A stretch of DNA of 63,306 bases, filler included, from Licmophora abbreviata (GCA_900291995.1; 16 parts of 16 records of this genome joined end to end with filler, not necessarily neighbours in it); one strand, 5' to 3'; positions 47,649-60,201 are shown, counted from the whole stretch's first letter. Notes: generated from the letters alone by a model not told the origin. A program made the numbers and translations.

Positions 47649-47853
47649 TGAAGTGAGATGACGTTACATGTTACTTGTATGAAAAACGCAAAAACGCGCC
47701 GCTCACCTCTATCGCGCGGCGGTGACAAAATGGCAAAATGGCAACAGGCTTGCAGGTGGCACATCACATGGCGTCGCGGCCATGCAGCATGGCACTACTA
47801 CGAGTAGTATGATACACTACAGTAAGCATAGTATACTACGAAGTGACGAAGAC

Positions 47854-49907
47854 ATGACGGAGCTACCCAACGAGACTCAGCCGCAGCAGCAGTCGGTGGA
47901 CACGGAAGATACTCGCCGTCCATCACCGCATCAACACCGCCATCCCGTCATGATTCGACGTCGCGAAAAGCGTAGACACGTATCGTCCGCGTCTGTCGAT
48001 ATGAGAGACCCCTTGGAAGTCTTGTCCTTGGCGATTCGATTGGACGAAGCGACGGGGAATGCGGCACTCCTCGAGGCACCTCTGGAGGACGGCGGCCGTC
48101 TCTATGCCTCGCAAGACACCTTTCTCAAAGCCATGGCCTACTTGGAGGACCAGACCAAGCCTTTATCGAGGACCCGAAGCGGACATGCTTCTGCCAAGAA
48201 CTGGTCGGGTCGCGTCGTCCAGCCTTGACTCCCATTATCTTGTCGGGACTCATTGCTGGGCAGCTGGCGCTGCAGCAAGAGTCCATCACTACTACTACTA
48301 CTCATACTACACTTCCATCGCCATCGGAAATGCTACTCTTTTGTGATACTGGGCGCCGTCAGGCTTTGAATAGAATCAACTCACGACGGCGACGAGCCTA
48401 TATGCGAAATATGACGATTGTCTGTTGCCTCGTTGGTCTCCTGGTTGGATCGCACTATCAGGCCATGGCTCGAGTCCAGACTGCCCTCATGGAACTGGGC
48501 TATGTGGGACTTGTACAAACGTCAGACTACTTGACTCGAAATTGCACGACGAACAACAACAACAACAACAACCAGTTGGAAGAGATTCTTGGACTGCAGC
48601 CGTGCGAGACCTTCGCGACCCGTGGCTACGAGACGGCCTGTCGCGTCGCCGAGGCGCGGCTCTGGGCATTCACCAAGGATTATGCACTCCCCTACTCGTC
48701 GCAGCATCGTCAGTGCAACTACAATCGTTGTGGGGCCACAGACGGGCGATCTATCATTCGACACCAGCTGTCCAATCTGCCCGGACGAGCCCAAGAGTTT
48801 CCGTTGGGACATGCGCCGTATGCAATGCATACGGTCGCGGTACGGGAGGAAACGATCTTGGATCAAAAGAACAATCGCAGAAAACATACAAACGCCCGAC
48901 ACGGAGAACTTGGGTGGCTTGGTGACAGTCTCGTCAATCGCCGCACCAGAGCAGCCATGGAAGAGTTGGCGGAGGACCGAACGCAAAATGACATCACTAT
49001 TCGTGTTCTCGATGTCGGGTGCGGTATTGGGGGCATGATGTATGCACTTTTGCCTTTCGAACAACGAGGAAAGACTCGTCGGTCTAACTTGCATTACGAC
49101 TATACCGGCATCTCGTTGGCTGCTTCCGAGATTCAGAATGCACGTCTACTGCGAGACGAGCACAAAGTCGATCCCTCGAGAGCTCGATTTCTGCAAATGA
49201 GTTTCGACGACGCTCGACTGCCGGATACAGGCCCATACGATGCGATCGTTGCGACCGAGGTGCTTTCCTTTTCGACAAATATCACGGCAACGCTGACGAA
49301 CTTGGTGCGATCCTTGCACCATGGTGGAAGTCTGATCATTCATGAAGATGTAGTGCATGGACCGCGAAGAGCGCGACCGGCGGAGAATAGCGATAGGAAT
49401 TTGCAATCTCGGATGAATGAGTTTTCCGAACTTACGGCTCGGCCTTCCTTGTACACCCACGCGCAGTGGATGGACCTGTTCAAAGAGTTCAATCTAGAAG
49501 TCGTTCGAGCGACGGACTGGGGCCTCCACGACAAACTGCCTCTACTTGTGACGGAAGGTCAGGAAAAATCATTCCATCTGTGGGATTGGATGTTACGACT
49601 CCGAGTGGTACTTTTAAGTTGGACTGAACGATGGGATGCGTGGAACCCCTTGCTCCGTCAAGATATCATTCACAATCTCCTACAACGCTGGGAGGATTGG
49701 AAGTGGCACGCCGTGTCAGCCGGTGTTAGTGCGGGTGCTCCTTTTGGAAAGTATCGGTTGAAAGCGATGGCTGCTGTTCGTACGGTCCAGCTCATTCGAG
49801 GAGATGCGAGAGTCTCTCGTGCCGATCAGCTACGTAGCCAGGCGCACGAACGAGTCGATTTGACGTACAACATGTACGTTAGTAAACGGAGTGACGACGA
49901 CACTTAA
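47854..49907 (+). CDS. Membrane-anchored class I SAM-dependent methyltransferase (probable frameshift near 48155)
   Basis: IRVLDVGCGIGG, YTGISL, FLQMSFD, YDAIVATE, LHHGGSLIIHE. TM segment IVCCLVGLLVG. The upstream ORF from 47854 overlaps in another frame. Confidence 0.75.
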
Positions 49908-50489
49908 CCTAACTTGTAGTCCTTGCACGAGGAACGAAGAACCCTAATAGACGCAAACTATGGTAAGTTGATGGCTACCGGTAGCGGCTACTCGTCGTCG
50001 TACCTAGTCTAAGGTATGATGGCACCGGTACCAGTTACTAGTTAGCTCGTATGTTGTATGGCGAGTATCGAGCTCTCGAGTCTTAGCCGCAAGCTATGTG
50101 ATACAACCGCTGACACCCGAGGAAATCCCCACGTCACATGTGTGACGCTCTTTCTTTGTCGGTGTCAGCAAGGGGAAACATCTGAAGAGGATGTCTTCGT
50201 GCGTCGACAGCTGGACAGAGCATCATGATGACGCAGGGATGCCACGTATGAATTCCACGAGATCTGTCACGACGTCAGCTTTTCATAGGGTTGAGGTTGA
50301 GGTTCCTAAATGAGGTGTCAATTTAGAAATATTCACACACGATGAAAGTATTCGAGATTCGCAGCAGAACCCTGCAACGTGGCCTGAAACTGGACGAATT
50401 GGAGCTTGATGACCACCGCATTCCGAAGCTCATCAAGCAAAGCGTTCTGGTTCCGTTCATTTTTCTCACATCAGACTTGAAACTGACAC

Positions 50490-51314
50490 ATGGCGCTCCG
50501 TACTGTCCCACCACCGCTACAGGGGAAAAAGCTTCTGGCTCGCAGTGCGGCTGAATTCCTGGTCGACATGTCCAACCAGCCATTGCCGAAACGAGCGCGA
50601 GTCGAGCCGACCAAGACGATGGACAAGCCCAAAGCCGTAGTCTCTACTAGATGCTCTCTGCTCGAAAGCCTTCCGTCAGAACTGTTCGGCCAAGTACTGT
50701 CGTTCATAGGACCGACATCCAACGGCCTTACCGCTCTTTCCCAGGTCAATCAGAACTTACAAACGACGTTGACGAGGGCCGCTCGAGCAATGCTTCCAAA
50801 GGCCACGCTACACTTTCGAGATCCCCTACCACGGATGCCCAATGAATCATGCACTTCTCTCTTTCTTCGACACACCCGTGCTTGTACACGAGTCGTTGAA
50901 GAGCTGAAAGAGTTGCGCGCTTGTGTCGACAAGGACGTGAGCGACCTCTCGGTCAAAGAGTCTGAACATAACATGGACAAGGCTATGGCATTGCTACATG
51001 TGTCCCCTACTTTGTCCGTCTCTTTGGAAAACGTGGTCCTCGCCGTGTGCGGCAAGTGCGGTGGCAAAGCTTTCAAGCTCAACAAGCGAGCGCTTCTTGT
51101 CGGCATGGGGCAGCCGTCTGCTGACACATCGGTGTCGGGATTGCAGAGGCGTCGGAAAATGCTGGCGCGCCACCAAGAACGACTAGACCTCTCTTGTCTC
51201 ATCATGCAGATGGTTCTCTTCCGAAAGTTGCAGCTCGCCCGAAAGGCGCGTGCTCCATCATGCCCACCGACGCGTGTTGCGGTGAATCCACCGATCGTGA
51301 CCAACTGGCATTGA
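50490..51314 (+). CDS. F-box-like domain protein
   Basis: LLESLPSELFGQVLSFIGP...LTALSQVNQNL resembles an F-box. The rest is helical and unrecognised. Confidence 0.6.
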   Translation: MALRTVPPPLQGKKLLARSAAEFLVDMSNQPLPKRARVEPTKTMDKPKAVVSTRCSLLESLPSELFGQVLSFIGPTSNGLTALSQVNQNLQTTLTRAARAMLPKATLHFRDPLPRMPNESCTSLFLRHTRACTRVVEELKELRACVDKDVSDLSVKESEHNMDKAMALLHVSPTLSVSLENVVLAVCGKCGGKAFKLNKRALLVGMGQPSADTSVSGLQRRRKMLARHQERLDLSCLIMQMVLFRKLQLARKARAPSCPPTRVAVNPPIVTNWH

Positions 51315-51560
51315 GAAGAATGTGGCTCGGGATATATTTTGTGACGCATGTGTTCGGCGTCGCTCTTTGTACATATCGCTGTGCATGCCTTTAGAGAATA
51401 TGGCACATGCTTTGTCCCGTGGAATGACTAATTTAGACACAAGATAGAATATATTACATGTAATGTGCAATATCTACATACACACTACCAGGTAAAGGGT
51501 ATGATTTAATAGAATCGAGTGAGGTTGCGTGTTTCTTCCCTTGCGCATCGATCCATTCTC

Positions 51561-54356
51561 CTACAAGAACTTTCCGGAGACAGCGGAATGCCTGCGCCGA
51601 AGATCGCCGCCCTTCTTCACGACGGAAAGAAAGTTCTCGGCTTCCCCATTCCGTTTTGCAGAAGATCCAACCACGTCATCCTTCAGATCACTTGGTAGCT
51701 TACCGAGGACGCTCTCCAGCTCCTCTGACTTTAGCTCGTCTGGGTGCTCATCAAGGTCACAATGAGCAACGCCATGAATGCTCTTTTCGATTGTCTCCAG
51801 GTACACTCGTCCTTCCCGCTCCTGGAGAAGTCCTGCTTCCAAGAGCTTCTCAATGTACCTCGCACCACTATTGAGCAAATCGCTACACAGCAGGTGTGAA
51901 AGCGTTGATTTTACGACTTGTCCATCGAACGACGTCAAGAGGGCCTCGGCCTTTTGCACCTCCCCCTCGCTTTCTTCCAGGATGATCTGCTCTGACCGTA
52001 GTGTGGGTCTGCCTGTCTCCGTAAAGTGCTTGCGAAATTTTTTCTCGGCTTCTCGGTGCGCGTAGATGAAAACAATCGATCGAAGAACGTCAAGCCCGGA
52101 CTGATATTTCTCAAGACTTGCTCGATCGATCAGATCAAGCTGAGCGCACATTCCTGCGACCTTCTTCTTCCCCGATGCGGCCTTGGTCTTGCCAGCCTGT
52201 ATCCATTTGTTCAGGTCGATCTGGGCATGGTTCCAATCGTTCAGAAGACCTCCACGAGACGCCTCGTCAGAGGCGAAATCAAGACTCTGGTCGAGAGAAT
52301 ACACGAGGAGGCCATCAAACTGACGTGCATCAATTTGCCCGTCATTCACGGCTTCGGCGTAGGCAGCCCGAACAAGCTCGATGAAAGCCAAGCGAAGTTC
52401 TTTGGCCTGATCGACAATCTCGGGGGAGTCATCTAGTGACATCAAGCCAGCTTCCTCTTCAGCGGGGCTCTCCTCGTCCGGGGCTTTCGCATGTTCATCC
52501 GTTGTAGATTCTGGTTGTCCCACATTGTCGACACCTCCGTCTTCGACGAAGGAGGAAGTTATGGCGGCACGTTCCGCTTCTGACGAGCCTGCGTCGAACA
52601 AGTATGGAAGAACATGCGCAAAATTTGGGGGCGAATAATTCTTTGGGTGAATTTCGTCCTTTCGCCTTTGAGCAGCCTGTCTCAGCTCTTCGATCGTCAA
52701 GTCACCGACATACGGCACATGGTGCTTAACCAAGGCGAAGTCGGTTTGGCAGAAGCGCGAGTCTGTCATCCTTTCAACAAAGACATCAATGATGTGTTTC
52801 CTGAGCCCTTGTTCGAAGCACTTGACGAGGCGCTTTCGTGTCTCAGTCGACTTGACAAGGCCAAGCTTGAACAGGATTGGACCGGCGGTTGTCCCGTTGA
52901 TGCACAGCGTGAGGAAGGCGATTCCGCCGACCAAACCAAATAGTTTGGTTGTGTCCTTTCGCGCGACTGGGTCGTCAGTCGCCGACCAAACGTCATTATC
53001 GAGGGCAATTGCAAGTGAAAGGCCTACAGCACCGCGAAGCCCTCCCCACCACATGAAGATCGACTCTTTCGGGTTCGAACCTAGACCCATTCGCGAGTAG
53101 ATCGGATAGAAGGAAACGATCAGCACGGCTCGGATGGCCAAAACAAGAATGAAGAGGAGAAAGAGGTACCCCCAGTCAGTTCCAGTCCACAAGTCCTCTC
53201 CGTCTTGTGACCTATTGAGTACAGAGCCCCACACAACTCCGCCGAGGGCAAAGAGCAGCGTGTTCAGCAAATGCTCAAGGAGGACCCAGAAGCTCTCCAT
53301 CATTTCAGGATTGTTGATTATCCCAGAGCCAAAGGCCCTCGTCGTGATGCCACAACAGACGACGGCTATGGCACCAGACATACCGGCGCTCGTGTCTGCA
53401 GAGTAGAATGAAAGGTAAGCGACGGTGACGGTCGCGGCGACTTGCAAGACATTCTCTTCGTTGTCAAGCCTTCGATTCAAGACAGACAAGAGACATAGAA
53501 GACCCAGAGCGAAGGCGATGCCAACGGCAGCTCCACCTCCCGCCATTCGACAGAAAATAGCGACGCCTCGCGCCAGGTCTACATCTTCACCTCCAGGAAG
53601 TCCCTCTTCGTACAAGTATAGGGAGCTAAAGATAGTATAGAACACAATGGCAGATCCGTCGTTGAACATGGATTCACCAGAAATGAGCATCTTGAGGCGC
53701 GGTGGGGCTCCTACTTCATTCATTAGAGCTGCGACAGCAACAGGGTCTGTCGCGCTCAGAATAGACCCGAACGTCATGGCGAGGTGGAAGGACCAATCGT
53801 ACGGAAGAACATACTTGGCGACAACAGCTGTGAGCGCCGTTCCGGCCAGCACCATAGGGAAGGCCATGACGATGATCTGACCCAGAGCGACAGTGAAGAG
53901 GTAGAAGTTAATGTTGAAGGCGTCGCGAAAAAGAAGACCTGGGAGGAAAATAAGCAGCAGAACTTCGCTGTTGATCTGGCTCCACTGGATGATGGATGTG
54001 GTCAGCTGATCGTCGAGTCCAGATTCTGACGCCCCGATGCCCATCACCACGCCCACTAGAAACATGACGGCCGTGTAGGGGAGACCGTGAAGACGTCGCG
54101 ATAAGATAAAGAAGACTGCGATTCCCACCGCCTCGACGAGCCATGGACTGACAATAAGCGGAACAAAGGATTTCGGTTAGAAGAAAGAATGCAGAAGTAG
54201 TTATATAGTTCGAAAGTTTGCCTGTCCAAATTATTCGGGTCTGATTTTCACTCACAAGAGAACGGCATAAGCTGGTTCGCTCTCTTCTTCACCAGAGTGC
54301 TCGTCGGCCAGGACGGAAGCCACTCCGAAGAGCAACATTGCTAGGAAGAAACGCAT
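51561..54356 (-). CDS. CPA1 Na+/H+ antiporter, SOS1/NHX7-like (intron 54148-54255)
   Basis: Signal peptide MRFFLAMLLFGVASVLA, LPYT, FLPGLLF, ILSATDPVAV, ISGESMFNDG, WGGLRGAVGLSLA, INGTT. Confidence 0.92.
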
Positions 54357-54787
54357 CGTTCCCATCGTCAAAGAAGTTGACTTCACGAAGATCTTTTTGC
54401 GTGCAGATGGGCGTGGTTTTCATTTTGGAGTTCGCATCTTTGATCACGGCAGATGGCGGAGTTCGGAGTTTAGAATCTGGCATTCCATCATGTATTCCTG
54501 GTATCTTTTTTACGAATATTCGTGGTGCGTGATGGTATAGTACGACCCAGCTAGCCAGGTACCGGTATGCGACATGGGTCTAAATCATACAGTACTCCTA
54601 TAGTACCGGTACCGATAATATGGTACCAGGTCCCGGGTATGCTGGTAACATCGAAGTTCATCTCTATACAAAGTCCCGCCACTGGCGTGTCGATATCGAG
54701 GGTGACGAGCAAGTTTGTGCCCTGAGCAATCGCCTCCACGTACGTCAGAGCTGAAGGCACAACCCTGTCACATAGCAAACACTTACT

Positions 54788-55119
54788 ATCTCCCAGCAAC
54801 AATCTTCTGGATGTTTTACTCTTAGAATGGTGTATTTATCTACTACATATGCATCATCAAATGTGTTAACTCTCTTCGGTGGGTCTGTTACGACATTGCT
54901 TCGNNNNNNNNNNNNNNNNNNNNNNNNNNNNNNNNNNNNNNNNNNNNTTAATTAATTAANNNNNNNNNNNNNNNNNNNNNNNNNNNNNNNNNNNNNNNNN
55001 NNNATTTCCCAGCAACAATCTTCTGGATGTTTTACTCTTAGAATGGTTTATTCATCTACTACATGTGCATCATCAAGTGTCTTAACTCTCTTCGGTGGGT
55101 CTGTTACGACATTGCCTCG
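54788..55119. repeat. 116-nt direct duplication either side of the gap (54788-54903 vs 55004-55119) with about 7 substitutions
   Basis: Manual alignment of the flanks. Confidence 0.9.
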
Positions 55120-56453
55120 CGATCCGCATTGTCGGAGTCTTCCAAGTCGTTTTGCAATTGGTTGCCACCGCCATCGTTGATCGCGGCCATATTCTCCTCC
55201 ATACTACGACGTGCCTTGTGCTCTTCCAACACCATCCATGCTTTGATAGACAGTAACAAGAGCGCAAACAGTCCTACATACAACCCAAACCATGGAGAAG
55301 CGCTTGTCGCGTTGTAGTTCTCCGCAAACAGGTCGAGTCCACTGTGAATCTGGTAGATGCCCATGATCAGCATGACGATTCCAGCCGCTCGATGAGCCAG
55401 ATGCCATTTCTTACGGGGTGTATCAGGTAGCTTCACTATGCGATCGTCGTGTTGGTACTGGTTTGGGTCGTAGGCATCCTTCGGTTCGACCGGGGGACGG
55501 GTGAAACCGTTCGTAACTTGGAATATCATGATAATGAACAGGAAAAGCCCAACCCAGTGGTGCGGATGGTCAAAGTGTGAGGCTTTCTCTTCCATACTAA
55601 CTCCTGCAAGAGCCACGAGCACCGCAAGGAATGTAAACACAAGCGATACGACATTTGCAAAGACGTGAATGTAGATCCAGCTGCTGGGGACAAGTGTCCG
55701 GAACCAAGCTACCGTCATGGCAAACGGTGTCGCAATGCCCCACGCCAGGACAGCCATGGTACCATGGGCAGCAAACACTCCCATGTGACCCCATGTGGTT
55801 ACTTCCTCGCATGTCTGTAGGTTCACGCGGAACGAACCTCGATGCTGGTGGTACCCGACGTCGTTGCTGGCCCCTGCCGCAAAGATAAATGTGTTGAGAC
55901 CTTCTTGCGTAATGATAGGTTCATCGCTGCTGTCTTCCAGTAGCTTTGTAAATCTCATTTGCGTCGTGCCTCCTTCCTGTATGATGGAGGTCTCCGTAAG
56001 GGTCTGGGCGTTGGACATTGGCACGATCGACGAAACGAGCTTGTCTTGCAGGGCGTACTTTTGAACTAGTCCGGAGTCGGGATAGCCAAGGACGGCAGTA
56101 GATCCAATCATAGTTCCAGTGAAGGAGAGTCCAAATCCTAACCATCCTTCCCCGTCAAAATGCAAAAGCCCCGACATGGTTAGTGGGTTTACGTCCTGGT
56201 TGACCTTCCAATGAAACGAAAGCTTGGGCGTAAGCTGAACCATCGAGTCTAGTTCTGGGTCGAGGTTGGAACCGCAGGTGGATGTCACTACCGGAGCGGT
56301 GTTGATATGCGCGCTCTGTCCGCCATTTAGGTCAGTGATGACACCTTTCTCTGCTGTGGCACGTGCAGTCATCTGATTTTGTCGTTCGGAAGACATCGCA
56401 GCAGCAGAAGCGGCGACCGCACAGGAAATGAATGACGTAACGAGGAGTCTCAT
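55104..56453 (-). CDS. DOMON + cytochrome b561 domain protein
   Basis: Signal peptide. GWLGFGLS..GTMIGS, YHQHRG (DOMON). AHGTMAVLAWG, WIYIH, HPHHWVG, WHLAHR heme-ligand His residues in TM helices. Confidence 0.92.
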   Translation of the reverse strand: MRLLVTSFISCAVAASAAAMSSERQNQMTARATAEKGVITDLNGGQSAHINTAPVVTSTCGSNLDPELDSMVQLTPKLSFHWKVNQDVNPLTMSGLLHFDGEGWLGFGLSFTGTMIGSTAVLGYPDSGLVQKYALQDKLVSSIVPMSNAQTLTETSIIQEGGTTQMRFTKLLEDSSDEPIITQEGLNTFIFAAGASNDVGYHQHRGSFRVNLQTCEEVTTWGHMGVFAAHGTMAVLAWGIATPFAMTVAWFRTLVPSSWIYIHVFANVVSLVFTFLAVLVALAGVSMEEKASHFDHPHHWVGLFLFIIMIFQVTNGFTRPPVEPKDAYDPNQYQHDDRIVKLPDTPRKKWHLAHRAAGIVMLIMGIYQIHSGLDLFAENYNATSASPWFGLYVGLFALLLLSIKAWMVLEEHKARRSMEENMAAINDGGGNQLQNDLEDSDNADREAMS

Positions 56454-57464
56454 GGTCCGATTGATATTTCGAGTCTTTCAATCAGTGATACAGAGAAAAG
56501 TGAGGAAATAGCACGCGAACAAGCCTTTGACAACAACAGCCTGCTTTGAAGAAAAGTGAGCAGAAAGGGCGGTTCTCTTGGTCACGCCAGTTTGGATTTA
56601 TCAGAAGCGCTTTGGGCGTCATCCTACGGCATTTTATCAGATCGTTGCACGTAGCAGGTCATTTCTGGAGTCATTGGACATCAGAATCTCCGACTCCTTC
56701 GACTATTGAATATTGGCGCGCCAAATTGAAAATTGAAGATGACGCACGCAAGCGAGACAGGCCGTCAGACCCAAGCATTCAGCACACCCGGTCATTGCTC
56801 TCCCTTGCTTTCTCATCACGTGCTCACACACATCAACGAAAGGGGAGTGAGAACAAATTCTGACCTCAAACGTCGACATCATCGTGTCAACAGCATTCAA
56901 GAGACTCATTGAATATTGTTTGGCTTTGACCTTCGCTCTTCACAGGAAGCCTCTCGGTGTGTCCTCCTTGCGATCCAGTCGAGTCTCACGACAGAACAAA
57001 ATTTGGCGGGAATTCTGAATTCTGAGAATTTGACCACAAAATTAGACTATCATCTCTTGTCTCTTTCCACTCTACCCAATCATGCACGTCAATNNNNNNN
57101 NNNNNNNNNNNNNNNNNNNNNNNNNNNNNNNNNNNNNTTAATTAATTAANNNNNNNNNNNNNNNNNNNNNNNNNNNNNNNNNNNNNNNNNNNNGGGCATT
57201 GAACACGCTTCTTCTATATTCATTGCGATTGACTACCTAAAAGTTCGCACGATTGTGATCGGGAATCCTGGGTGGTCTCTAATCGGGACGATTGATTCCT
57301 CTGGTTTTTTAAGAGATTCATTGAGCAGGGTTCTCACTCAATACAGCACCACTACTAAACATTTGAATATTCTGCACTTGTGACCCGTCTCACGGGTATT
57401 CCTATTACACAGGCCAATGGTCCTCGCTCACATCGCACCAGCTATTACTGTAGGAGGAGAAGCC

Positions 57465-58830
57465 CTACCCAAAGCAAAGAATGTCCGTCCAGCCGGGGAT
57501 ATTCTGCACCTCAGATGGCAATAGGTCTCCATTCTTGTCCCTCCATCGATTGTGAGGTCCGACGGATTGCACCATGTCATCAAACGTCGCCGTCACCGCA
57601 TCTCCGAGTATGAGCTCTGGCGTCCCTACCATTTTGTACCCGAACTTGGAGTCTTTCTTGTGGACAGGATGATGGTACGCGAGATGAGTACACACGTATC
57701 CGGCATCGTAAATCATTTCAAGAATGGTTTTTGGTTCCGTGTTAGCCATGTGTAAGAGGATATGCGAATACTCGACCAAAAGAAAGCGGGGGCGGTGCTT
57801 TCCGTGCAGCAAGTCGTGTGCCCCTCGAATGACAGCCTCTTCATTTCCTTGTGTGTCGGTTTTGAATAGGTGCACGCGCTCGAGCATCGACGAGTCGATA
57901 AACTTGTGCACGGGTCCTGTCCGTACAGTAGTCATGACATGAGCTTCCTCCGCCTTGGGATCGATCAAGTGGTAAGACTGCGAGCCGGGGTCATGCGTGC
58001 CGACGTATCCAAACGTCTTGAGCGCTTCTGTGCCGTCCAGACCAACACAGTTAACGTGAACGCGATCTTGTAGCTTTTCCTTTTGGACGTTCAGCTTCAG
58101 CGTTTCGCAAGTCTCCTCCACAGGCTCGAAGGAGAAGACAGTGTGTCCTTCTTTTGCAAGGGGTAGGCCGAACTGGCCAATATTTGCCCCAATGTCGACC
58201 ACAGTGGCCTTCTTTCCCGACCCAAGGAGGATACTCATGACGTTTTCTGGCATATCGAGAGGCAAAATGTGATCCAGATAGGATTGTTTGACGACCATAT
58301 CGTGAAACTTGCTGCTGCCCGCTTGCTNNNNNNNNNNNNNNNNNNNNNNNNNNNNNNNNNNNNNNNNNNNNTTAATTAATTAANNNNNNNNNNNNNNNNN
58401 NNNNNNNNNNNNNNNNNNNNNNNNNNNGTTGTTGTTGTTGTTGTTGTTGTTGTTGTTGCAAACCGTCGCACCTTTGAATGACGGAAGGATACTTGTCCGC
58501 CATTGGGTTCATGAGTGCGTACTCGGCCTTTGCCAATGCCAGTGTCTCAGACAGTGACGCGTTCTCTCGAATGCCCCCGACAAAAAGTGGCGACTTGATG
58601 AATTCCAATACCGCCTCCTTGGTGCAGACCATGGCACCAGTAGTAGCACCGCGTCGCAATGAGTTCATTTCCTCAATCAAGCCACGCGCCATCATTCCAT
58701 CGTATTTGTGGTTGCTAAAAGAGGCACGAAGCGCGACCAAGAGAATCACCATGACGGAGCAGAAAGTACCCAAGGTTGGACGGCGGTATCTTGTCGCCCT
58801 CTTGTGTGCGGGTCGGAAAGCCAAGGTCAT
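57465..58830 (-). CDS. Type II membrane FkbM-family methyltransferase (spans gap 58328-58427, poly-Q tract)
   Basis: VVDIGANIGQF, VFSFEP, LFKTDTQGNE. N-terminal TM segment. Gap flanks join in frame (CAA CAG CAA GCG). Confidence 0.85.
58428..58458. repeat. (GTT)n microsatellite encoding poly-Q
   Basis: gttgttgtt... next to the gap. Confidence 0.9.
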
Positions 58831-59455
58831 GGTTGATATTAATCGACACAGCACTATGAATGACAACGTGGTGGCTTGCAATCACCTGATGTTCAAAGTA
58901 AGGTATGCATAGCGACTGTGAACTAGATGTTGGCGCAATTCACGAACTGCCTTGGATACCCACAAAGAGGAGGATGACATCTCGATATGATTGAATAACT
59001 CGTGCTTAATTTTGCCATCACGAGCATCCGAATTGTGTTCCCGAGAAGAGGACACAACAAGCCCCCAGATTGAATGTGCAACGCAACGGATTTTTGAGAC
59101 GAATGGTCACTTCGGCACCCCCGTGATCAGACTACGTATCATAACAAACACGCAAACGGGAGAATGCCGACAACAACATTCATTGTGTCGCCGATCACGA
59201 CGACAAAACCGAGATTGAAGGTGTGTGAGCTTTGAATTCTGAATCTGTACTAATTCAGCTCCAATCGCGTGCTCTGAGCTCGGATAAAAAAGGGCGCGCC
59301 GCCGGACGGATGAGATTGCCTCGTCGTGTCGCGCGGTTTATGAATACGACCATGGCGACACACATCACGACCACAGCAAAAAAGCAGGCGATGCGCAGCG
59401 GCATTCTGAAGGGCCATGACGCCGTTGTGTCAAACGCGATGAGCTATCTGTCACG

Positions 59456-59838
59456 ATGAGGAGAAGAATGTTCCAGAAGAGCAGTGTGAAGCGAAGAAGG
59501 CCAATCTGTTGCCTTCTGTTTGCTACAGCATGTAGTCTCTTGGTAGGGATCGAGACGATTCGACTGAACATTCTTCAACGCGACGTTTTGCCGTCAACGT
59601 CGATCTCTAGTGGAAACGAGAGCAACAGTCAGTCCAACATTCAGCAGAATTCTGTACTTCGCTGGAAAGAACAAGCGAAACCTCAGCCATTGGAGTTTGT
59701 ACATATTACCAAGACAGGCGGCACTGCGGTGGAGATGGCAGCCGCAAACTCCGGGATCACGTGGGGCGTTTGTCACTTTCAGACCGACGAGGGCTGTTTG
59801 CCGCTTGCTGACAAGAAGGATAGAAAGTACCCTTTGAA
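59456..59838 (+). CDS. Type II membrane sulfotransferase-family protein, N-terminal part (truncated by gap)
   Basis: TM segment ICCLLFATACSLLVGI. 5'-PAPS-binding motif LEFVHITKTGGTAVE. Confidence 0.75.
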
Positions 59839-59938
59839 NNNNNNNNNNNNNNNNNNNNNNNNNNNNNNNNNNNNNNNNNNNNTTAATTAATTAANNNNNN
59901 NNNNNNNNNNNNNNNNNNNNNNNNNNNNNNNNNNNNNN

Positions 59939-60201
59939 GGTGCCAGCTTTGTGATTGGTTTGACAAAGGAGGGAAACTCCTCGATTGCTGCATTTGCCGT
60001 TGTACATGGGGAAGGAATCAAAATACCACCGCCGGCGGTCCCAGCGGTAGATCTCAGCCAATCGCGTCGTGTCGTTATCTGATGACTGGAGGCACCACTT
60101 TCAGCATTCCTTAATGACGGTGCAGGACGTGTCGTACTCCACCCGATGACAGGGCTTCCCTGAGCCGAGAGGACAATCGCTAGAAGCCGAAGAGACAGCA
60201 T
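59939..60201 (-). CDS. N-terminus of a putative thylakoid-lumen protein (signal + transit + Tat signal), truncated by gap
   Basis: MLSLRLLAIVLSAQGSPVIG-W, then TTRRDWL...ANA twin-arginine/AxA motif. Confidence 0.65.

Noticed and set aside
27152..56453. DOMON-cytochrome b561 as dedicated electron donor for the LPMO
   Set aside because: About 26 kb and several gaps apart. The family is common, and nothing in the sequence links them.
4884..59938. Recurrent TTAATTAATTAA flanked by N as a biological repeat or CRISPR-like array
   Set aside because: Fixed 100-nt synthetic spacer with six-frame stops. ORFs ending in XXX..LIN or XXX..N are artefacts.
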